Part shown: piece by piece, positions 54,949 through 64,000 of the stretch
How positions within the stretch are numbered: position 1 is the stretch's first letter
How the letters are laid out: every line of letters begins with the position of its first letter
NCBI GenBank assembly: GCA_964057225.1
Contig: OZ059896.1
Location: 7,316,001 to 7,380,000, forward strand
DNA from: Auanema rhodensis
Lineage: Eukaryota > Animalia > Nematoda
Direction: 5' to 3'
Length of the DNA stretch: 64,000 nt
Made by a program: the position numbers and the translations under genes
Notes under the pieces: model-generated
What the model saw: only the letters and a program-made list of their open reading frames with translations
What the model was told of the DNA's origin: nothing
The model's database searches: none

Positions 54949-55514
54949 TTACTTCTTTCCGGCTTGAACCTTGGACTTGGCAGTACCACGAACCTTCTTT
55001 TGACGGTTCTTTCTTTCCTTGCGCTGCTTGCGTCCTCCTCTCTCTACCTTGGTACCGAGTCCAAGCTAAACCAAAAATAAGTAAATGAATTTTAATATAA
55101 AAACGTACGCGGACGAGTCTGAAGTTTGGCTCAAACTTCTTAGCGTAATCAAGGGTGTCGTAGATCAGGGCGAATCCCTTAGTCTTTCCACCTCCAATTT
55201 GGGACTTGAATCCGAAGGGGACAACCAAGTCAGAGGCTACCTTGTAGAGCTTGGAAATTTTCTCCTTGATTTCAGTCTTTGGGACAGTGGCGCGTCCGGG
55301 GTGGAGCACCTCGACTACCTACAGAACAGAATAAAATAATTGAGACATTCGCAATGGTTAAATAACTAAAACAAAAAAAAAATTTTTCAAAATACAAACC
55401 ATTTGCTTTCTGTAAAGAAGGCGGTTGGTAAGGACCTTTCTCGTTCTGATAGTAACGACGTCGCCCTATAATAATACAGTTAGAAAAAGAAATACTAAAG
55501 AAAAGGCTTACCAT
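54949..55514 (-). CDS. rps-24: 40S ribosomal protein S24 (eS24)
   Basis: ATG-only first coding exon, then [22 protein letters not shown] / [14 protein letters not shown]...[13 protein letters not shown] / [19 protein letters not shown]. Confidence 0.97.
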
Positions 55515-56790
55515 GGTTGGAGCTTCACAGGAAACCCTAAAAAATAAAAATATTATTCAAGAAATAGGCTAACTCGCGAAAAAACCGTAATAACTAATGA
55601 ATATTTTAAACAAAATAATACACACACTCTTCATGCTTTAGTTGGTCTACTTTTCATGAAATATATACTCAAAAATCAAAGAAACTTCAAAAATAAAAAT
55701 TATTTTAATTTAGGAAAAGAGAAAACGGTGAACATATCTCTATTTTTCAGAAAACCCTTTCATTTGCGTCGAATACTCCGCTAGGGTCTCGCGGCGAATT
55801 ATTTTGCACCCTATTCAGACCTTTATTCGCATGGCGCGATACATTGGAAGACGGACAGTTTGAATTTTCAGACAAATTTATAATTTAAAAAATGCGGTCT
55901 GTAGTATGAAATATAGGGTTACAACAAGAATAATTCCTTGGTTTTTAGTAAATATTTTTGAGTATTATATGTATATATATTTACATATGCGTAAGTGTGT
56001 TTGCATGTGTATTGTGTCAATTTATATTCACTTATTTCCAAATTATTCAAGATTTGAACGAGTTAAAAAAGTTTGAAAGTATATGCTTTGTATTGCGAAG
56101 AAGTGTAAAGCAACGTTTGAAGTATTTGGTGTGATAAAAGTTACTTGGTTTTTTTATTTAGTTTGGAAGTAAAATAAGATGCCGTTCAATCTGGTCTTGA
56201 GATAAGGCCAGTAAGACAATCGTTTACAGTATTTTCATAACATGCCCTTTTAAAATTAAGAGAGATCAGATGTTCATTGGCGCTCCTCCCATCAGTTAGA
56301 CACTGGGCAAAAAAAAGAAACCACGATTTCTCGGTTAGCACGTGGTGTGGGGCAGTGTCACTACCTTTCCTCTTTGAGACAGCCGTCCGGTCTACGATGA
56401 GATGAAACTACGTTTATCTTTCAAAATCGTTAACAGCTCTTGTTACGTTTTATCAATTAGTTTATCACAGTGTGTATAAGGTTTCAATTATGGAAAAGGC
56501 TAAAAGGCTATATAAAACCTTTCGAAAACTTAGATAGCATCATTTTCTGTCAAATCATGAGTTTTCTCTAATCAACATCGTGTCTTAAACGCGCGCGTAT
56601 TTTTCAAGTTTTGTCGTGTACCTTCCTAACTCTTATTTCCACTCTGCATTCTATATTTTGTTTCTCTCGTTTTAAGTAAAGAAATAAGGCCAAGGTAAGA
56701 TTACTGCTGATTATGAAACTTTTCTTTCTCTGTATCTTCAGTGTTGTTTGTCTTTTGCCTGTTTTCTAGTTGATATATTTAACATTTCAG

Positions 56791-59700
56791 ATGACATTTT
56801 TGAGGGCTCCTCTACATATTCAGCGTCAGCTGACAAGAAATTGTCAGGCCTTTCATGGAAGAGGAACCCCTACAATTGGTATTAGAAGAGAAACTATTAA
56901 TGCTTGGGAGCGAAGAGCTCCTCTTGCTCCTGTACATGTTAAAAAATTGACCAAGGCTGGAGTTAGAATCCTAATTCAGCCAAGTAATCGTAGGGCTTAT
57001 CCAATTCAGGTATGATGCTGAAAGTAGCTAACATATGACTATCTTTCCAGGATTATGTTTCTGCTGGGGCTACTGTTAGGGAAGATTTATCAGATGCTCA
57101 TCTTATCATTTCTGTGAAACAGGTTGATATCGTCATATTATTTTTTCTATTGTTTTCCTAGGTGCCTGTTGACCAGCTGATTCCAAATAAGGCATATGCT
57201 TTCTTTTCGCATACTATTAAGGCTCAGCAAGATAACATGGAAATGCTTGACACTATTCTTCAAAGAGTTAAGATATTCAAATGAACAAAAAATATAACGA
57301 TTTTTTTAAAGAAAATTCGTCTTATTGATTATGAGAAAATTGTTGATAAGCGGGGCAAACGTTTGGTAATGTTTGGAAAGTGGGCTGGTAATGCAGGCTT
57401 TATCGATATCCTTCATGGTTTAGGATTAAGGTTCATTACTCTTTAGGGTAGTGTATTATTTGATAAATTTTAGACTTCTTGCCCTTGGTCATCATACTCC
57501 TTTCTTGCATATGGGTTTGGCCCACAATTACAGTGATTCTCACATGGCTATTAATGCTTTGCGTGACATTGGATATGAGATTGCTTTAGATAAGATGCCA
57601 AGGTTTTAAAACAAGTTTTTTAAATAATGGTTATGTTATATTAGATCTCTTGGACCTCTTGTCTTCGTTTTCACTGGCTCCGGAAATGTTTCCAAAGGTG
57701 CTCAAGAGCTGTTTCAACATCTTCCCCATGAGTTCGTTGATGTAGCAACTTTACCCAAGGTAGCTCAAAAAGGACGTCAGTTATGGATTTAACTTCTAAT
57801 TAAAATAAATACTTTAGAACTCAATAAGGTGTACGGTTGTGTAGTTACTCGTGCTGATCATATGGTTCCTAAAAATGGTATGTTGCTTTCGCTTTTGGAA
57901 ATGTATTTGATAAATTTCAGGAGGTGTATTTAATAAGGAAGAATTTGAAGCTCATCCTGAGAATTATACTTCCAAATTTGCCACAGAGGTTATTTAGATT
58001 TGAATGTATAATAAACGTTCAGCCTGTTTAGATTGCTCCATATGCGTCTGTAATTATCAATGGAGTCTATTGGGATGCTAGAACACCACGTTTGCTGACT
58101 ATTCCTGATGCTAAAAAACTGCTGACTCCTGTCCATAAGGTTTTGCATCTTATGTCTATTGTATTGTTATCTTTTTTTAGTACGATATGCCAGGATGCCC
58201 CTCTTTGCCTCATCGTCTTATCGCCCTTTGTGATATTTCTGCTGATCCAGGAGGTTCTGTCGAATTCATGACTGATTGCACCACTATTGACAAACCATTT
58301 ATGATCTATGATGCTGACTTCAATACCAGCTCAGAACGGTTAATACTGATTAAGACTGAACTTCTGATTTCATGTTTTATAGATTTGACACTCCTAATGG
58401 ATGCCTTGTATGCAGTATTGATAACATGCCTGCCCAGATGCCAATTGAGGCTACGGAGCAATTTGGAGACCTTCTCTATCCTTATGTGATGGATATGGTA
58501 TGAAATCAACAGTATCGTCAGTTAACAAATTGAAAAATTCAGCTCAATTGTGCTGCTGATATTCCATTCGACCGTACTGCTTGTCGGGATGAAGTCAAGG
58601 GTGCTATTATTACTAGTGATGGAGCACTTACTGATAACTACAAATACATTGCTGATTTGAGAAAATCAAAAGCTCTGTAAGTATATCAAGTTTTACGATA
58701 GAGGGAGGGGCTAGCTTTTTTTGCTAGTTGTTGTTCACTTTTTTTGCGCCTTACGTTTTTGTTTATGACGCTATTGGAGCGCCTGTAGTTCACTTTCGTG
58801 TTTTCTTTAAATATTATCTTTCTTGTTTCTCCAGTGCGTCCACTCATAAATCGCGGGTAATGGGATCAGATGAGAAGAAAGTTCTGCTTTTGGGAGCTGG
58901 AATGGTTAGCGGACCGTTCGCTGATTTTTATGCCAAACAACAAAAGGTTTTTATACAAAGATATTTAAAAAATATTGTTTATGTTCTAGGTCAGTCTAAC
59001 CGTTGCTACCGAAACCCGTCAAGATGGACAAAAGTTAATGGTTGGAGATAATATCTCTTCAGTTGTTGTTGATGTTAACCGTGAGCATGATGTGCTTGAG
59101 AAACTTATCGGAGAACATGACTTATGTGTTTCTCTACTACCATTCACATATCATCCAATGGTTGCTAAGCTTTGTATCAAGAACAAAACGAATATGGTGA
59201 CCAGTAGCTACGTTTCCCCTGAACTCCAAGAGCTTGATCAAGCGTATATTTTAATGTTTTTTATGCTTTAATTTAAAATCTTATTGTAGCGCAAAAGATG
59301 CTGAGGTCACAATTATGAATGAATCTGGGCTAGATCCTGGAATTGATCATATGCTTGCAATGGAATGCTTTGATTCTGTTCGCGAACACGGAGGAAGAGT
59401 AGGGGAATGTTAAAAACCCTAAACAAATATTATTCTAGGTTACTTCATTTGTATCGTTCTGTGGTGGACTTCCTGCACCTGAATCTTCCGATAATCCATT
59501 AAGATACAAGTTCAGCTGGAGTCCAAAGGGAGTTTTAACAGCTCTTCTGAATCCTGCTAAATATCTTCAAGATGGAAAGGTGTAGTGCAAACATATTTTG
59601 GCGGAAATTTATACAACTTTTTAAGATTGTTGAAATTGGGGCTGGTAAAGTTGTTGATCACCTTTATCCCATTGATTTCATGCCTGGATTTAACTTAATT

Positions 59701-60626
59701 GGATATGCTAACCGAGATTCCACTAAATATTCCGATATTTATGGATTGGGATCAGAATGTAGAACTCTTCTTCGTGGAACTTTACGTTACGATGTATTAT
59801 AATCAAAATCCTAAAAGCTTATCGTTTCTGCCTATTTAGGGATTTGTGGAAACTGTTAAGGCTTTAGATTCTGTTGGGCTTCTCAGCACTCAGCCTTCTG
59901 AAGTATTCAATTCTGTTCAAGGACCCGATTTGACTTGGGTATTTTTTAAATTTTGTATTTTACTATTGTTTTAATTCAGAAACAACTGATGGCTTCCCTT
60001 CTCAATCAGAGACTTGACATCTTCCCAGACTCTTTAAAAAATATTGCCGCTGAAAGAATTGGAAAACAAAACATGATTGGTTTCAATTCATTAAAGGAAT
60101 TAGGCTTGTTCAGCGATGTAGTTGTTGATAGACAAGGATGTGCTCTCGATACTCTAGCACCTTATTTAGCAAAGGTATGCAATCATATATTTGCCATTAA
60201 TTATAATTTATTTGTTAAGGTTCTTGCTTTCAAAGAAAGAGAGCGTGATTTAGTTGTTCTTAATCATGATGTTGGAGTTCAACTTCAGAGTATGTACTTC
60301 AGATTTTTTAGTCTGCAAATCTTTTGTTTTTAGGTGGAGACCGTGAACGTCATAGAATTAGTCTTGTAGCATATGGAGAAGAAAATGGCTTTTCTGCCAT
60401 GTCTAAAACAGTAGGATATACCTGCGCCATCATATCCAATATGGTGCTTCAAGGTTAGTTTTTCAGATTTTAAGTTCAGTGTAAACTAATCACACTTATT
60501 TGTTCAGGAGAAATTCAACGGCCAGGAGTTCTTCGTCCAGTTGAAAAAGCTGTTTACCGATCCGCTTTGAAGAGACTTGAAGACTTTGGAATTTACGCTA
60601 CCAGAACCGTTCTTCCATCGCAATAG
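56791..60626 (+). CDS. aass-1: Bifunctional alpha-aminoadipic semialdehyde synthase (lysine-ketoglutarate reductase / saccharopine dehydrogenase), mitochondrial
   Basis: [52 protein letters not shown] (LKR); [57 protein letters not shown] (SDH); Arg-rich, acid-free N-terminal presequence. Confidence 0.97.
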
Positions 60627-60997
60627 AGTTGAGATTAATAATGCATGACAAAATGTAAATCTATTGTTCAATATATTTATATTGTAGCTATATAAGTAGT
60701 TATGGTGACATACTAAGCAATTTATGTTTAAAGCTATTAAAATAGTAGCTAGCATAATTTTGAATTCTCAGGAAAAAAAATTAAGTAACCTGGGTTGTTA
60801 TCTTATTTGGTAATATTACTGTTTTCTCAAAAATACGGTTTTTCTTTGTTTTTTCTGTCGTACAGAAGTAATAAATGTTTAGACATTATTGAATTTCTTT
60901 TTTTGTGTACATTCGATGTGATCTCTTAAACTGAGGGGCAGCTGTCTTAAAGCTTTTCACGAAATCAATCGATATTATACGCTGCTCTTATCTACAA

Positions 60998-61705
60998 ATG
61001 GCTTTTCCTCCTACTGCTGGTAGAGGAGTTACTCAAGTTATAGAAAGATGTGAAAACGCCAAAACATCTGGATTTTTAGGTGAGTGTCTCCAAAAAAAAA
61101 GTTATTGTATATTTTTGTAGATTTATCCAACTGCTCGTTGATGTATATTGCTGATGCTATATACTTAGTGCTGAAAGGCTATGAAATTAATAAGGTATGT
61201 TGTTGATATGATTGTTGTTTCATAACTATCATTTTAAAGATCAGCGTCAGACAAAACAGTTTGAAAAAATTCCCCAGAAAGTTTCTTGAAAAATTCCCTA
61301 ATGCAGCAAGTTAGTAACTCCATAGATTATTTTCCACTGTTGAATACTGATTGCAGTTTTTAACATGGAAGGTAACGAAATCTCTGAATTACCTGATGAG
61401 CTGAGTAATTGGTCTGAGATGAAAGGACTTAATATGGCTCAAAATAAAATAGAAAAATTTCCTAACAGTATATACAACTTCAGCAAGTTACTGTTTCTGG
61501 ACATTTCCGGTAACCAAATTGAAGGTATATATTTTTTTTGTAATTTAAAAATATATTTCATTCAGATATTGATGTTGAACGGTTATATGAAGCCTGTCCT
61601 AATCTGACTCAACTTAATGTGTCGGGAAATTCTTTAAAAGAAGAAACAAAAATAGCTCTGAATGAGTCTGCCAAGAAGCCAGAAAAGTTAAAAATTATTA
61701 TATGA
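60998..61705 (+). CDS. Small leucine-rich-repeat protein, LRRC20-like
   Basis: AGRGVTQVIERCENAKTSGFLDLSNCSLMYIADAIYLVL... followed by LxxLxLxxNxL-type repeats; five exons with consistent phases. Confidence 0.82.
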
Positions 61706-61925
61706 AAATTAATTGTGTAACTTTATTTATGTAAGTGAATCCACATCATTTTTTAAAGAAAGACTTATAATATTGCTTATTAAAAAATATTCTGTAATGA
61801 GTAATAAATATATTCCAAAGAATACTGTAATTGATTTGAATGAGACTAAGTTTCCTTTTATTCAACAATTTAATTTGAATTTGAATTTTAAATGCTATTA
61901 GTTGACATAGGGTTTTCACGTAAAT

Positions 61926-61933
61926 TCACGTGA
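61926..61933. promoter_or_regulatory. TCACGTGA extended E-box (HLH-30/TFEB-type) ~50 nt upstream of the VTD-like gene
   Basis: TTCACGTGAA palindrome flanked by TCACGTAA and CATGTG variants within 61915-61940. Confidence 0.35.
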
Positions 61934-61979
61934 ACATGTGGAAGCCCATCTGTAAATTATTTTACTCTCATTATTTTGA

Positions 61980-63446
61980 ATGTGTTTGACTAACAATGTT
62001 GAACGTTTTTTTCCTGAAATATATGCTAAATTAGAACAGGTAGAATTCCAAACAAACTTTTCTTCTTTTTTTTTAACCCCTAGTACTTATTCTTCTTTAT
62101 ATTTTATTATTGATTGTATTTCTGTGATTAGCTATTTATTAATTGAAGAACGGAGTTATTGTATGGCGCTTACCAATAGAAATATCTCAAAGTCGGTTTG
62201 GAGGACGTGAAGATCCGTCAAATGCCTGTACTCTTATTGTTATAAAATTAGCTGAACTAATTCATAGAAATAATATAAGGCTCAGTCATCACAATTGTTT
62301 ATTTATGGTATGAATATCATTTGATTTCTCAGTACATTTACTTATCGAACTACTAATATTAAGATTTTCAGAGAACAATCGAGAATCGAAGCTATTTAAT
62401 CCAACAAAACAGAATTGCCTCCGATTATAACAATGAAACATCGGTGGTAATTTAATTGTTTATCAGAGATGATGCTTACATTACTCATATTATAGAGATG
62501 CTGCCCTATCCTGTTGACCAGTTTCATTGAAGCGATTGTCAATGGAAATAAGAGTCATGAATCAGCTCTAAAGAAACGTATGAAATCCATTAGTTCGGGA
62601 CTTGTTGATCCTTATTTCACAATACCTGATGCTCTTGTCGCTGTAAACAATCCCTTTAGAGTAACTGAAAAAACATTACTCAACTTTATTTTCCTTCTTT
62701 ATAGGAGATCGATTTTTCATCTGTAGTGGGTCCTATTAGCCAAAACCTACCTAGTTACTTACGTTGTATTATTCATCAGTAAGATTTTATTTATATATTA
62801 GAAATTACAAATGTCATCTCAGTCCGAAACTTGAGTACGAAGAAAAGATATACATCATTATGATTGCTTTCCAAAGATCAGTACTGTTTGTGTATGAACG
62901 TTCCTCTGATACTATTACTTTACTAGACACACATTTGCATGGAATTGGGCATGGTAGTCTTAATTAATATTTATGTTAACATATAATTATGAATATATCC
63001 TTATAGGTGGTCTTATTGCTTCGTGCCATTTAAACAATTTACGTTTTTTTGGACAATGGGTTTCTTCAAACATTTTCCAAGAATCGTTATATCTTTCTCG
63101 CAGAGAAAAGTATCAGGTAATCAGCTAATAGTTAAAGGTATTTATACCTAATTAAAAGCTCCAGGTAGTATACGAGCTCTCCGTTTTAAATTTTTGTGGC
63201 GATGTGAACTTATCCGACTGCTCTCCTTCGCCATCTCGTATTGGTCTATGCTCAAAGTTTTCAATTTTTCCCGAATTGGATTCTTCAAGCGAGTCGTCTT
63301 CATATGAATCCTCTCCCGAAAAGCAATACTTTGACTTTAACACGGGCTCATTTACTCCGGTATGTAGGAGGAAACGGCCCATAGAAAATGCTAAAACGGC
63401 AACATCGACGTACGAGTTCAAGTCGGAAAAAAGAATGAAATTCTAG
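61980..63446 (+). CDS. Uncharacterised protein with papain-like, herpes-tegument-type (VTD-like) Cys/Asp-x-His motifs; 8 exons
   Basis: Spliced: MCLTNNVERFFPEIYAKLEQ/NGVIVWRLPIEISQSRFGGREDPSNACTLIVIKLAE.../..FIEAIVNGNKSH..YFTIPDAL../..IYIIMIAFQRSVLFVY..TITLLDTHLHGIGH/GGLIASC../VVYELSVLNF...RRKRP...KRMKF*. GT-AG introns preserve the frame. The gene is well supported; the function is inferred. Confidence 0.75.
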
Positions 63447-63606
63447 GTTATTATCTTTCAATATAAAATTCAGGAATGCATCTGTGTTTGTTTCATATTT
63501 TGTTACAAAAATAATTGTATGAAAAATCATTATTACAATAAAAAAATGATAAAACGTATTAGATTATTATCACAGAGTTCTTAGTTAGTTCTAATATTAA
63601 AATTAA

Positions 63607-64000
63607 CTAAAAAGGTCGAACACTTTGTGAGTCTAGCTTTACCATCTCATCGAACTTCGCTGTGAAACCATATGTTTTCCAAGTTAGCCCAAGGGAAATT
63701 CTTTGAGTGATTGGTCCGACGTAAGGGGAAATCCATTGAAGAATAGCGCGATATATGAATAAATAATGAAGAGAAGATCCCACACCGCATTTACGTTGAA
63801 GTCGAACAAATGTGGAAGCGAGTAAAACTACGTTATCGTCAATAGGAGTACCTGAAATTAAATTTCTTAGATTGGTATACAAAAAACATGAATATACCAC
63901 GTAAGAAGTGGCATAAAACCGCTTCAATAGCAACGAGCGTTCCACTACGTGTACAACCATCTAGACATTGCACAATAGTTGGTGAATTCGATAACCGAGC
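63607..64000 (-). CDS. 3' end of a degenerate protein-tyrosine-phosphatase-domain gene (runs off the window; exons >64000-63898 and 63851-63607)
   Basis: PTIVQCLDGCTRSGTLVAIE (P-loop) and VRLQRKCGVGSSLHYLFIYRAIL (Q-loop region); stop at 63607. Confidence 0.85.

Noticed and set aside
28902-57715. CTGTTTCA piRNA (Ruby) motif cores at ~28902, ~44583, ~54704 and ~57709
   Set aside because: A handful in 64 kb is close to chance for this base composition, and two lie in coding exons. There is no cluster-like density.
711-63960. Most entries in the six-frame ORF track taken as stand-alone genes
   Set aside because: The sequence is intron-rich eukaryotic DNA. These ORFs are exon fragments running into introns, antisense shadows, or low-complexity microsatellite translations (SLSLSL, RERERE, IIIII).
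1-64000. CRISPR arrays, rRNA, prokaryotic operons or defence systems
   Set aside because: No regularly spaced direct repeats, rRNA-like blocks or long uninterrupted ORFs; the gene content is metazoan.

Overview
Eukaryotic, very AT-rich DNA with many ~45-60 nt GT-AG introns, TTTCAG-type acceptors directly before start codons, and tightly packed same-strand genes. It is almost certainly a nematode (rhabditid-like) genome, so the unspliced ORF track is mostly misleading and all gene models here were spliced by hand. Genes in order: SPSB3-like SPRY/SOCS-box protein (-), PrimPol (+), atlastin (+), a small kinase-less single-pass protein with a 10-Cys activin-receptor-like/three-finger ectodomain spread over 13.7 kb (-), unc-36 calcium-channel alpha2delta (-), an ~11 kb gene-poor stretch, a nematode nuclear hormone receptor (+), ssna-1 (-, absent from the ORF track) downstream of rps-24 (-), aass-1 LKR/SDH (+), LRRC20-like (+), an uncharacterised gene with herpesvirus-tegument-type (VTD-like) cysteine-protease motifs (+), and the 3' end of a degenerate protein tyrosine phosphatase (-). 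The most interesting signals are: (1) two tandem 'tRNA-like A/B-box + C/D snoRNA + TTTT' units inside an unc-36 intron; (2) the intron-rich VTD-like putative deubiquitinase; (3) the BAMBI-like kinase-less receptor; (4) an intact nematode PrimPol; (5) an aass-1 linker intron positioned so that it could yield separate LKR and SDH proteins; (6) two probable cassette exons in unc-36. No database searches were run; family assignments rest on recognised motifs.
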